Below, piece after piece: positions 9,939-19,428 of a stretch of DNA of 61,441 nucleotides (position 1 is its first letter; each line of letters starts with the position of its first letter). The stretch comes from a virus. Lineage: Duplodnaviria; Caudoviricetes. Location: positions 1-61,441 of IMG/VR virus record IMGVR_UViG_3300020463_000022, one strand, 5' to 3'. The position numbers and the translations under genes are program-made. The notes below the pieces were generated by a model. It had not been told where the DNA came from, did no database searches, and saw only the letters and a program-made list of their open reading frames with translations.

Positions 9939-10499
9939 ATGGGTAATTTAAGTACATTTTTTCCAGCACCTTCCAGCACAAATGTATTAGAACATTTGAT
10001 TTGGCAACCAGACGGTAGAACCATAAAGACTGTTGGTGGAGATAAAACAGCAGATAATTTAACTTCGTATGCAGTCGCTCCAGCTAGTTTTACAGATTAT
10101 GGTAGCACTATTGCTTATACACCTCCTGAAGGAACTAAAAATTTATTATTTTCTATGAATTTTAATTATGTAAGGGAAGGCTCAACTAGTTCCATATGGC
10201 TTACCTCTATATATGTGGATAGTACAAATGTAACTACATCCCATGATTCTATGTATGGCGGCGCTGATGATTACTATAATACAGTAAACGTACAAAGATG
10301 CCTCCAGGTAGGTGCATCTTCAGAAAATATTGCTAATGGAGTAATAGGGACTTGGACTAGTGATAAAATTTTAGAATATAGAATTGGTTCGTATAATACT
10401 AGTAGTTATAAAGTAGGGGTAGGCAAAAACATTTATAATTTTGGGGGTAGCGAAAATACCTTCCAAAGGCCAACGTATCAATTAATAGCAACAACTTAA
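9939..10499 (+). CDS. Tail-fibre associated protein
   Basis: 186-aa beta-rich ORF directly after the fibre. Confidence 0.65.
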   Translation: MGNLSTFFPAPSSTNVLEHLIWQPDGRTIKTVGGDKTADNLTSYAVAPASFTDYGSTIAYTPPEGTKNLLFSMNFNYVREGSTSSIWLTSIYVDSTNVTTSHDSMYGGADDYYNTVNVQRCLQVGASSENIANGVIGTWTSDKILEYRIGSYNTSSYKVGVGKNIYNFGGSENTFQRPTYQLIATT

Positions 10500-10513
10500 A
10501 TTAGGACAATGAT

Positions 10514-10621
10514 ATGGGTAATTTAAGTACTAGTTATGAATTTTATGTAAACGGAGCATATCATTATCATGGTGGCGCAATAGTATGTCCACCTTTTATA
10601 AAAATTACAGCAATTAAATAA
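10514..10621 (+). pseudogene. Internally deleted paralogue of 9939-10499
   Basis: 10502-10530 repeats 9927-9955 (28/29 nt). Mini-ORF MGNLST...PPFIKITAIK ends like RPTYQLIATT. Confidence 0.6.
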
Positions 10622-10628
10622 TATTTAG

Positions 10629-11945
10629 ATGGCACTAACAAAAATAAAAACAGGAGGATTAACAGACGGATCTGTAACCGCAGCTAAATTAGCAGCTGGT
10701 GTTTCAACTGGTGGAGGGACAGACTGGCAGCCAACAATACAGACATCAAACTTTACGGCAGCTGCAGGAAAAGGGTATTTTGTTAATACAACATCGGGTG
10801 TTATCACTGTAACTTTACCGTCAGGAAGCACGGGAGACGAAATACACCTTACAGATTACGCAAGCACCTTTGATACTAATGAAATACGATTTAGCGCAAG
10901 TGGCGGTCAAAAAATACAAGGATCAACAAATACCTTAAGATCTATTGTGGAAAACAACACCATAAGGTTGGTTTATCAAGACAATACAAGCGGTTGGACT
11001 GGAAATGATTTAGTTAATCTTGCTGTTCAAGTAGAGTATTTGGTTATAGCTGGCGGTGGTGGAGCAGCTGGTGGACACCAAGCGGGAGGTGGAGGCGCAG
11101 GTGGATACAGAAACTCATATGCAAGTGAACCTTCTGGAGGCGGAGGCAGCACAGAAACACCTTTATCTGCATCAATAGGAGTGAACATTTCACTTACGGT
11201 TGGGGCAGGCGGCTCTGGTGGACCTGCAGTCAGCAGTCAACAAGGATCAGCTAACAAGGGAGGAGACGGTGGAAATAGTGTTTTTGGTTCAATAATCTCA
11301 ATAGGCGGTGGTGGAAGTGCAAGCTATAACAATGGATACCCAAATAACATCGGTAGACCTGGAGGATCCGGCGGTGGAGCTGGTGCATATAATGGTAGCG
11401 TTGCGGCTTCAACAAGGGCAGCTGGAACAGCTAATCAAGGATATGCAGGAGGTGGTGGTGACGGATACGCTTCTCCTTATGGTGGAGCTGGCGGTGGTGG
11501 AGCTGGCGCAGTTGGTTCAGACTCTGGCGGAGCAGGACTTATAGGTAATGGTGGGGTTGGATTGCAATCTAGTATTACAGGCACCGCAGTATTTAGAGGC
11601 GGCGGTGGAGGTGGAGCTACTTGGGGTAGCAATTCTACCGGACAGGGTGGTAACGGTGGTGGCGGTAACGCAGACACACAATACACTGGCTCTGCAGGTG
11701 TGAGTGCTGCTACAGCCGGATCACCAAATACCGGTGGTGGCGGTGGTGGACCAGCCTGGCACTCAACTGTGGGTGGAGCCGGAGGCTCAGGAGTAGTAAT
11801 TTTGCGTTATTCTGATGATTATACCATACAAGAAACAACTAGTCCGGCTGTATTGACTTTTAGTACAGATTCAACAAGTGTAGCAAATACTAAAATAACT
11901 ACATTTACAGCTGGTGAAAACGGAACAATACAATTTATAATATAA
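10629..11945 (+). CDS. Glycine-rich tail/receptor-binding protein
   Basis: VEYLVIAGGGG...GGSGVVILRY Gly-rich domain with a TLPS...GD linker domain. Confidence 0.8.
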   Translation: MALTKIKTGGLTDGSVTAAKLAAGVSTGGGTDWQPTIQTSNFTAAAGKGYFVNTTSGVITVTLPSGSTGDEIHLTDYASTFDTNEIRFSASGGQKIQGSTNTLRSIVENNTIRLVYQDNTSGWTGNDLVNLAVQVEYLVIAGGGGAAGGHQAGGGGAGGYRNSYASEPSGGGGSTETPLSASIGVNISLTVGAGGSGGPAVSSQQGSANKGGDGGNSVFGSIISIGGGGSASYNNGYPNNIGRPGGSGGGAGAYNGSVAASTRAAGTANQGYAGGGGDGYASPYGGAGGGGAGAVGSDSGGAGLIGNGGVGLQSSITGTAVFRGGGGGGATWGSNSTGQGGNGGGGNADTQYTGSAGVSAATAGSPNTGGGGGGPAWHSTVGGAGGSGVVILRYSDDYTIQETTSPAVLTFSTDSTSVANTKITTFTAGENGTIQFII

Positions 11946-11947
11946 CT

Positions 11948-12319
11948 ATGGCACATTACGCATTACTTAATCATAAAAATATAGTCACAAAAGTTATAAC
12001 AGGTAAAGATGAAAATTCTGTAGATTCAAATATAGAGTTAGTTTATCAAAACATATTTAATCAGGTCTGCAAAAGAACGTCTTACAATACAATCGCAGGT
12101 AAGCACAAACTGGGCGGAACACCTTTTAGAAAAAATTATGCTGGCGTAGGATACACTTATGATTATGAAAAAGATGCGTTTATATCCCCTCAGCCTTATG
12201 CTAATTGGACATTAGACTCTGATAAATGTATATGGAGGTCTCCTGTAGAATATCCAGAGGATAATAAAAGGTATACATGGAACGAAGACACTGCATCTTG
12301 GGATTTGGTTTCAGAGTAA
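11948..12319 (+). CDS. Partner/chaperone of the Gly-rich tail protein
   Basis: MAHYA...RTSYN...FRKNYAG...PQPY..W, a paralogue of 13741-14112. Confidence 0.75.
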   Translation: MAHYALLNHKNIVTKVITGKDENSVDSNIELVYQNIFNQVCKRTSYNTIAGKHKLGGTPFRKNYAGVGYTYDYEKDAFISPQPYANWTLDSDKCIWRSPVEYPEDNKRYTWNEDTASWDLVSE

Positions 12320-12335
12320 ACATTTTTTGTTTTTG

Positions 12336-12343
12336 TATCTTTG
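12336..12343 (+). promoter_or_regulatory. -7 box TATCTTTG
   Basis: TAnnTTTG 15 nt before the ATG at 12359. Confidence 0.55.
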
Positions 12344-12358
12344 TTTAAATATTAAATT

Positions 12359-12745
12359 ATGCCTATAACAAAAATAACTACTGGGGTTCTTACTGATGAT
12401 TTAATTACTAGTGACAAGGTTGCAAATGAATTTACCACCATATCTTCTTTAACTCCTGGGTCAAGTAGCGATATTAGTTTTACCTCTGCTCAAATATTTA
12501 CATTAACACCAAATCAAAGCACAACTTTAAATATAACTAATCCAGTTATTGGATCACAAAAATCTGTTATAGTTACCGGCGCAGGAAGTAGCTATACCGT
12601 TTCTTTAACAGTAGGAGGATCGTCAGGAACTTTTAATAAAATATCAGGTGATTATGACGATACCTCTGGTAAGAAAAACTTATATAGTATATTGTGCGTG
12701 GGGGCAACAGAATTTTGGTATTCAATATCACAAATAGCTACATAA
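12359..12745 (+). CDS. Tail accessory/adapter protein
   Basis: N-terminus similar to those of 10629 and 14161. Confidence 0.7.
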   Translation: MPITKITTGVLTDDLITSDKVANEFTTISSLTPGSSSDISFTSAQIFTLTPNQSTTLNITNPVIGSQKSVIVTGAGSSYTVSLTVGGSSGTFNKISGDYDDTSGKKNLYSILCVGATEFWYSISQIAT

Positions 12746-12746
12746 T

Positions 12747-13739
12747 ATGTTTGGCCAAGGCATACCACATGGATTTGCGGGTGGCGCAAGTAGTGCGCCT
12801 GTAGATGTTGACTTCTTAGTTGTAGCAGGCGGTGGATCAGGATCCACTTATTACTACCAATTCCGAGCAGGTGCAGGAGGGGCTGGCGGCCTTAGAACGT
12901 CTTATGGCTCTACCTCTGGAGGTGGTGCTAGTGCAGAAAACAAAATAACACTTAATCCAGGAACAACATACACTATAACTGTAGGCGCTGGCGGATCTGG
13001 TACAGGCACAAAAGTATACTATAGTACCATGGGCAGTGCTTCTTCTATATCGGGATCTGATATTACAGATATAACAACTGTAGGCGGTGGAGGAGGCGGA
13101 TATTACTCAGCTATTTTTAATTATAGTGGTAGTACAGGCGGATCTGGTGGTGGTGGTGGTTATAGAACACAAGCAGGTGCTATTACACAAGGATATGGTG
13201 GATCAGGTACCGCAAATCAAGGATTTGATGGAGGTAATGGTAACACATATAGCGCTGGAGGAGGAGGCGGAGCTGGCGAAGCTGCGCACACCGTAGACTC
13301 TGATTATCCAGAAAGAGAACCAGGCGACGGTCTTAATATATTAATAGCCTCTAGAGCAAATGCAGTTACTTCGTCTATAGGAGATACGTTTGGTAATGTG
13401 CCTTCTAGTGCCGTATATTACGCAGGCGGTGGTCATCCTATATCTGGAGCAGGTCAAGCTGCATCACCTAGATCTTTAGGTGGAGGTGGTGTTGGGCTTT
13501 TGAATGGTACTTCTTATGATAGTGTTATAGGTGCCGTTGGCCGAGTAAATTCCGGTGGAGGTGGTGGCGGTGGATACAACTACACTGCGACATATAGTCA
13601 CGCCGGTGGTTCAGGAATTGTAATACTTAGAATGCCTGCTAATCAATACTCAGGAACTGTTACAGGTTCTCCCGACACATATGACGAAGGAACAGACAAA
13701 GTTGTAATATTTAAAGCATCAGGAACGTATACTCATTAA
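12747..13739 (+). CDS. Glycine-rich tail/receptor-binding protein 2
   Basis: VDFLVVAGGGSG...GGSGIVILR, paralogous to 10629-11945. Confidence 0.8.
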   Translation: MFGQGIPHGFAGGASSAPVDVDFLVVAGGGSGSTYYYQFRAGAGGAGGLRTSYGSTSGGGASAENKITLNPGTTYTITVGAGGSGTGTKVYYSTMGSASSISGSDITDITTVGGGGGGYYSAIFNYSGSTGGSGGGGGYRTQAGAITQGYGGSGTANQGFDGGNGNTYSAGGGGGAGEAAHTVDSDYPEREPGDGLNILIASRANAVTSSIGDTFGNVPSSAVYYAGGGHPISGAGQAASPRSLGGGGVGLLNGTSYDSVIGAVGRVNSGGGGGGGYNYTATYSHAGGSGIVILRMPANQYSGTVTGSPDTYDEGTDKVVIFKASGTYTH

Positions 13740-13740
13740 T

Positions 13741-14112
13741 ATGGCACATTTTGCAGAAATAAATAATTACGGTCATGTTATAAGAGTCATAGTAATAAGC
13801 AATGAAGTTTTATTAGATTCTGAAAACAAAGAACAAGAAAATTTAGGAATAGAATTTTGTAAAAGTTTATATGGTGAATCTACTAATTGGGTGCAAACAT
13901 CTTATAGTGGTAACTTTAGAAAAAAGTTTGCCGGTATTAACGATACTTTTGATAGCGTTAACAATGTTTTTGTAGCTCCTAGACCGGGCGTTCCCCCTTA
14001 TTTAAGCTGGTCACTAGATGAGAATTTTGATTGGCAACCACCTGTCGAAGATCCTAGTACAGAAGATAAAGTTTATGCTTGGAATGAGAGCTTACAAAAA
14101 TGGGAAGAATAG
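13741..14112 (+). CDS. Partner protein 2
   Basis: MAHFAE...WVQTSY...FRKKFAG. Confidence 0.75.
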   Translation: MAHFAEINNYGHVIRVIVISNEVLLDSENKEQENLGIEFCKSLYGESTNWVQTSYSGNFRKKFAGINDTFDSVNNVFVAPRPGVPPYLSWSLDENFDWQPPVEDPSTEDKVYAWNESLQKWEE

Positions 14113-14139
14113 CCAATAACACTTAAGGAATATATTTTG

Positions 14140-14147
14140 TAAATTTG
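14140..14147 (+). promoter_or_regulatory. -7 box TAAATTTG
   Basis: TAnnTTTG 13 nt before the ATG at 14161. Confidence 0.5.
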
Positions 14148-14160
14148 TAAAAAATAATAA

Positions 14161-14346
14161 ATGGCAGCAACACAAGTAACATCGGACGTTATTAAGGACG
14201 CTACTATAACAGGAGCAAAAATAGCCAATACAACCATTACCTCTGGCAAAGTAGACTCATCTGTAGCTAAAATAATTACGCTGACACAATCAGCTTATGA
14301 TGCTTTAGGTTCTTACAGCGCCTCAACATTATATATAACAACATAA
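14161..14346 (+). CDS. Short tail adapter protein
   Basis: 61 aa. Shared N-terminal motif plus an LTQSAYDAL...TLYI fibre-joint motif. Confidence 0.7.
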   Translation: MAATQVTSDVIKDATITGAKIANTTITSGKVDSSVAKIITLTQSAYDALGSYSASTLYITT

Positions 14347-14349
14347 ATT

Positions 14350-15522
14350 ATGGCAGTATATTTAGGAGCAACACAGTTAGACGGAGGCGGAGGCGGAGGA
14401 ACTCCAATAGGAGGTTTTGCTTTTTTTGAAAATCCTCCAGGTGTTAGCTTTACTTCAGGAAAAGAAGTATATACAGACGCAGACAATATTGTTTGGATTA
14501 AAACAGCCGCTACTATTCTTTCTTCGGATTCTGGAGTTTTAGAGGCTTCACAGTATTCTGGTTCTACTAATTCTTTACTTGTGACATCAAATACTTTTAG
14601 TGGAGGAGGAGGCTACGTTGGTAGGACATGCTTTGGTTATAATGGTGTTCATCTTCAGGCGATTGGATTAAGAGGAGGTAATAATTATGGGTCTTATGCT
14701 CTTCGTGATGAAGATAACACTGATATAGCTACGAGTTACGCCACAACTGGGCCTTTTTCAGCCGGATATTCACAAGACCCAGGAGGGACAACAAACGCAA
14801 TGGGATGGGTTTTTGGTTCATCTTTTTATAATGACACTCATGCTTTTACTGGATTTCACAGACCTGGAATTAATAGTTTTTATAGTGCAGCTAAACATGC
14901 TTATACTCCCTTCACTTCTTTTACTGGCTCAACAAACGGATATTCACAAACCAACTATTTTACACTTCCTGTTGAATTAATGGCTACAACAAATATCCAG
15001 ACAACACCGAGATATTGGGGGGTTAGCCAAGACGGAACTACAGTAACAGAATACACTTTTAATGCATCAGCGTCAAACGGAACAAATCCATTTACAGCGG
15101 TTAGTCCGTCAAATACATTTACTGTTGCATCTGCTGAAAGATTTATGTCGGATGGTGTAGATAAACTTTATGTTCATAGCGGAACATCTTTATATCAGTA
15201 TGATTTGAATGGAAATAATACCCTTACTTTTAGTGGACTTCCTGCTGCTATTACTGATACAAGTTACCATGTAGGTTTTGTTTGTGTTCCTGCTTTTAAA
15301 AATTCCGACAACGTAACACAGTTTTGGACAAGAACGGGTGGGAGTACTGCAAATAATTCAGCATATCAAACTTTTACAAGGTACGACCTTGTTGAAACAG
15401 TAGAGGGTCCTTTTACTGGAAGTTCTGCAAGCAAGGGGCTTATTCACCTTCAAGATGTTGATTCAAATGATATTCTTGGACAAGGCGGCAACTTAATTTA
15501 TTTATGGAAAAGAATAGCTTAA
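14350..15522 (+). CDS. Putative receptor-binding tail protein
   Basis: 390 aa, beta-rich. Followed by an assembly chaperone. Confidence 0.65.
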   Translation: MAVYLGATQLDGGGGGGTPIGGFAFFENPPGVSFTSGKEVYTDADNIVWIKTAATILSSDSGVLEASQYSGSTNSLLVTSNTFSGGGGYVGRTCFGYNGVHLQAIGLRGGNNYGSYALRDEDNTDIATSYATTGPFSAGYSQDPGGTTNAMGWVFGSSFYNDTHAFTGFHRPGINSFYSAAKHAYTPFTSFTGSTNGYSQTNYFTLPVELMATTNIQTTPRYWGVSQDGTTVTEYTFNASASNGTNPFTAVSPSNTFTVASAERFMSDGVDKLYVHSGTSLYQYDLNGNNTLTFSGLPAAITDTSYHVGFVCVPAFKNSDNVTQFWTRTGGSTANNSAYQTFTRYDLVETVEGPFTGSSASKGLIHLQDVDSNDILGQGGNLIYLWKRIA

Positions 15523-15523
15523 T

Positions 15524-15799
15524 ATGAAATATATATCTATAAAAAAGGAAAAAGTATTAAAGGTTTATTCTTCATCTAAAGAACTTTATGAGGATCTTAA
15601 TGCTGAACAATATCTTGAAATGGAGGATTCTGATTTTGAGAAGTATCAAAAAGATTGGAGGGACTTAGAATTAAAAAATACAGATTGGATCATTCCAATT
15701 TCAGATCATTCTCAAAGAGAAGCTTATGTTTTATACAGGCAAAAATTAAGAGATTGGCCTACTACAGAAAGCTTTCCTGACACCTGCCCTTCCCTTTAA
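15524..15799 (+). CDS. Tail-fibre assembly chaperone
   Basis: RDLELKNTDW...YRQKLRDWP...FP motif. Confidence 0.8.
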   Translation: MKYISIKKEKVLKVYSSSKELYEDLNAEQYLEMEDSDFEKYQKDWRDLELKNTDWIIPISDHSQREAYVLYRQKLRDWPTTESFPDTCPSL

Positions 15800-15832
15800 T
15801 TAAAATTGTAAAATCTATTATAATGAAAAAAT

Positions 15833-16051
15833 ATGAACTACATAAGAAAAATATCAGTTGGTTCTGACTACAAGAATGCTATGCATTACATAGTCGGACA
15901 ACAAGTAATGAACGGTTCTTATCAAATAGCTGAAATAAATCAAGAAGAAAATAGCGTTTCTATTTGGGTAAAAAAAGAAAAAGAAATTATCAAATGGAAA
16001 GATGTTTCAAACAATCCTATTATTATAGAATATAATTTGCAGGCGATATGA
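15833..16051 (+). CDS. Hypothetical protein (IRKISVGSDYKNAMHY)
   Basis: 72-aa ORF with good start context. Confidence 0.75.
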   Translation: MNYIRKISVGSDYKNAMHYIVGQQVMNGSYQIAEINQEENSVSIWVKKEKEIIKWKDVSNNPIIIEYNLQAI

Positions 16052-16602
16052 TTCCTAGGTGGAGTTATTTAATAGAGCCTGTAGACGGAGCCTATTTAAA
16101 CACCCAAAAAATAGGGGGACTTGATTTTGTTATAAACACCTCTATCGAAGATGTTAAATATGTCAATAGGCTTGGCAAAGTACTTAATTCTCCCCAAGGC
16201 TCCGAAATACCAAAAGGTTCAATCGTAATTTTACACCACAACGTTTTTAGGGTTTACTATAACATGAAAGGTAAAAAAACAAAAAGCAATGAATATTTTA
16301 GAGAAAATAAATATTTGGTTCCAGAAGAAAAAATATATATGTACAACTATAGTGGAGATTGGGTTTGCACTTCTGATTTCTGCTTTGTTAGCCCTGTAGA
16401 TTTTTCGCAAGATGATGAAATATTCCGATCTGACAAAAAAGAACAAGAGCACACTGGTGTAATAAAATATATAAAAAATTCATATATTAACACAGGTGAT
16501 AAAGTTGCTTTTACAAAAAACTCGGAATACGAGTTTAATGTAGACGGAGAAAAGCTTTATAGAATGAAGCATAAAAACATTTGTTTACTTTTAGATGGGT
16601 AA
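16048..16602 (+). CDS. GroES-like fold protein (possible tandem)
   Basis: YLIEP...GKVL...PKGSIVILHH and FVSP...TGVI...GDKVAF...VDGEKLYRM resemble two GroES-like units. Confidence 0.5.
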   Translation: MIPRWSYLIEPVDGAYLNTQKIGGLDFVINTSIEDVKYVNRLGKVLNSPQGSEIPKGSIVILHHNVFRVYYNMKGKKTKSNEYFRENKYLVPEEKIYMYNYSGDWVCTSDFCFVSPVDFSQDDEIFRSDKKEQEHTGVIKYIKNSYINTGDKVAFTKNSEYEFNVDGEKLYRMKHKNICLLLDG

Positions 16603-16686
16603 GTCATTAAATAGAAGGGGCAAATATAGCCACTGCACAAGGGCGCAGAAAAATGGAAGGAATAAACCAGCAAAAAAGAACAAGTA

Positions 16687-16926
16687 ATGGCTGATGCGTT
16701 TTTAAAAAACAACATATCCATAGTCATATCATTTGTGGCTGCAGTGTTTGCGGCAGGTGGTATATTTTCTGAATTTACATCACTAAAAGATGAGATACAT
16801 TTAGTTCACGAAAGATTAGATGAAAAAATAGTTATTATAGATCGTCTTGAAGTGCGTATACTTGAAATGGAAAAACAATTAGAGTATGAAAAAGGTTTTT
16901 TTGAAGCCACATCTAAATCTAAATAA
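16687..16926 (+). CDS. Membrane-anchored coiled-coil protein
   Basis: N-terminal TM followed by heptads. Confidence 0.65.
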   Translation: MADAFLKNNISIVISFVAAVFAAGGIFSEFTSLKDEIHLVHERLDEKIVIIDRLEVRILEMEKQLEYEKGFFEATSKSK

Positions 16927-17229
16927 ATGAGCAAGGAAATAAAAAACACCATACAGAGAGTAATTGATGCAGGAGAAAAAGCTGTTGAAGAGCTTATTAA
17001 AGTTGCGCATGATGAAATAATTACTGATGATCCGTCAGAGGATTTAGCGGCAGATAGATTGAAAAATGCAGCAGCTACAAAAAAACTTGCAATATTTGAT
17101 GCTTTTGAGATATTAAGTAGGTTAGAAACAGAAAAAGATAAGTTAAGTGGAAAGGAAGAGTCTTCAGAAGGTTCGGGAAAAGATACAGGATTTCAAAGCT
17201 TCGCAGAATCCAAAGGAAGAAAGCTTTAA
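16927..17229 (+). CDS. Putative terminase small subunit
   Basis: 100-aa helical protein immediately before terL. Call is from position only. Confidence 0.55.
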   Translation: MSKEIKNTIQRVIDAGEKAVEELIKVAHDEIITDDPSEDLAADRLKNAAATKKLAIFDAFEILSRLETEKDKLSGKEESSEGSGKDTGFQSFAESKGRKL

Positions 17230-19426
17230 TCTATTTTTAGAGCTTAAAAACTTTATACCTGCAAAAACTTTAAATGCTAAAAACAAAAATAAATCTTGGC
17301 GGTATGGATATGACCACGAGCATGATATTATTGTCATAGCAAAAAACGGACAATTAGGAAGTGTAATTCAGATCCAAGATTTAAAGATTGGATTACCTTT
17401 GCAGCCGAAGAAAATATATTCAAGAAGTCGTGAAAAAGCAAAACAATACTGGGAGCCCTTTGAGTATCCAAAAGAGCTTAATTACATTAAAACAATATTT
17501 CAATGGAACGAATATCCAAACTCATTTAAAGATAAGTGGCTTGAATATATTGAATCTGAATTTGACAGGAGAGAGGGTGGGTTTTGGTTTAAAAATAACG
17601 GGTCTCCTATTTATATTACTGGGTCTCACTACATGTACCTACAGTGGACAAAGATTGATGTTGGCAAACCAGACTTTAGAGAATCGAATCGAATATTCTA
17701 CATATTCTGGGAAGCTTGCAAGGCAGATGAACGATGTTTTGGAATGTGCTATCTCAAAAACAGAAGATCGGGATTTTCTTTTATGTCCTCATCAGAAATC
17801 GTTAACCAGGCAACAATTACTTCGGATGCAAGATTTGGTATACTATCAAAAACTGGAGCAGATGCAAAAAAAATGTTTACCGACAAAGTCGTTCCAATAT
17901 CAACAAACTACCCCTTCTTCTTTAAGCCAATACAAGACGGGATGGATCGACCAAAAACAGAACTTGCATATAGAGTTCCCGCATCAAAGCTCACTAGAAA
18001 GTCCATCGTCAAGTCGGACAGCGATAATCTTACAGGACTCGACACGACTATTGATTGGAAAAATACCGGAGATAACTCCTACGACGGTGAAAAATTACGA
18101 CTCCTTGCCCATGACGAAAGCGGTAAGTGGGAAAAACCAGATAATATCCTCAACAACTGGGCTGTCACTAAAACTACATTGAGGTTAGGTAGAAAAATTA
18201 TCGGCAAGTGTTTGATGGGATCAACTTCAAACTCATTAGACAAGGGTGGTGAAAACTTTAAAAACTTATATAGAGATTCTGATTTGTCCACAAGAAACGT
18301 AAACGGACAAACAAAAAGCGGAATGTATAATTTATTTATCCCTATGGAATGGAACATGGAAGGCTTTTTGGATATTCACGGTAACCCGGTTTTTTATACA
18401 GATAAAGTTGTTGAGGGGATAGACGGCATGGACATAAACATTGGCGTTATTGACTACTGGAACAATGAGGTGGATTCTTTAAAAAGCGACCATGATCAGC
18501 TAAATGAATTTTATAGACAATTTCCTAGAACCGAAAATCATGCTTTTAGAGATGAATCAAAAAATACTTTATTTAATTTATCTAGGATTTACGAACAGAT
18601 AGATTATAATGACGGACTTGAAGCACAAAGAGTGGTTATGCAAGGAAGTTTTTCATGGAAAAATGGAAAGAAAGATACAGAGGTAATATGGAGTCCAAAC
18701 AAAAACGGAAGATTTTATGTAACCTGGATACCTCCGAAAGAGCTTAGAAATAATGTTGTGTATAAAAACGGTAAGAAATATCCAGGAAACGAGCACATAG
18801 GATCATTTGGATGCGATTCTTATGACATTTCAGGCACTGTGGGTGGGGGTGGATCTAATGGAGCATTACATGGCCTTACAAGGCTTAATTTTGATGCGCC
18901 TTCAGATGTGTTTTTTTTAGAATATATATCAAGACCACAGACATCAGAAATATTTTATGAAGATGTGTTAATGGCTTGTGTTTTTTATGGCATGCCAATA
19001 CTTGCAGAAAATAACAAACCAAGAATATTATATCATTTTAAAAATAGAGGGTACAGATTATTTAGCCTATCAAGACCGGATAAGCATAAAAACGATTTGT
19101 CTAAAGCTGAAAGAGAACTTGGAGGGATACCTTCTTCTTCCCCAGTAATTGCTATACATGCTGAGGCTATAGAGTCCTACATAGAGAACAATGTTGGTTT
19201 TGATGAAAGTTCAAGTGGAAATATGTTTTTTAATAGAACATTATTAGATTGGGCAAACTACGATATATCTAACAGAACAAAGTTTGACGCCTCTGTTAGT
19301 TCTGGTTTAGCTATAATGGCTAACAATAAATATGTGGTGAAACCTGAAAAAAAGGTTAAAGAAATAAATGTTAACTTTGCAAGGTACAATAATCGTGGAA
19401 TGACTAGCACTATGCTTAGAAAATAA
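17147..19426 (+). CDS. terL: Terminase large subunit (start uncertain)
   Basis: Walker A variant KNRRSGFS, Walker B LLAHDESGKW, motif III GST, nuclease GCDSYD and FDASVSSGLA. Confidence 0.93.
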   Translation: MERKSLQKVREKIQDFKASQNPKEESFNLFLELKNFIPAKTLNAKNKNKSWRYGYDHEHDIIVIAKNGQLGSVIQIQDLKIGLPLQPKKIYSRSREKAKQYWEPFEYPKELNYIKTIFQWNEYPNSFKDKWLEYIESEFDRREGGFWFKNNGSPIYITGSHYMYLQWTKIDVGKPDFRESNRIFYIFWEACKADERCFGMCYLKNRRSGFSFMSSSEIVNQATITSDARFGILSKTGADAKKMFTDKVVPISTNYPFFFKPIQDGMDRPKTELAYRVPASKLTRKSIVKSDSDNLTGLDTTIDWKNTGDNSYDGEKLRLLAHDESGKWEKPDNILNNWAVTKTTLRLGRKIIGKCLMGSTSNSLDKGGENFKNLYRDSDLSTRNVNGQTKSGMYNLFIPMEWNMEGFLDIHGNPVFYTDKVVEGIDGMDINIGVIDYWNNEVDSLKSDHDQLNEFYRQFPRTENHAFRDESKNTLFNLSRIYEQIDYNDGLEAQRVVMQGSFSWKNGKKDTEVIWSPNKNGRFYVTWIPPKELRNNVVYKNGKKYPGNEHIGSFGCDSYDISGTVGGGGSNGALHGLTRLNFDAPSDVFFLEYISRPQTSEIFYEDVLMACVFYGMPILAENNKPRILYHFKNRGYRLFSLSRPDKHKNDLSKAERELGGIPSSSPVIAIHAEAIESYIENNVGFDESSSGNMFFNRTLLDWANYDISNRTKFDASVSSGLAIMANNKYVVKPEKKVKEINVNFARYNNRGMTSTMLRK

Positions 19427-19428
19427 AT

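Noticed and set aside
5732-15799. Diversity-generating retroelement or invertase-driven fibre switching
   Set aside because: No reverse transcriptase, no adenine-specific TR/VR pair, no invertase and no inverted cassettes.
17388-18182. 264-aa alternative-frame ORF inside terL
   Set aside because: TTG start, no recognisable motif, and fully nested in a conserved gene. Probably a shadow, although it is unusually long.
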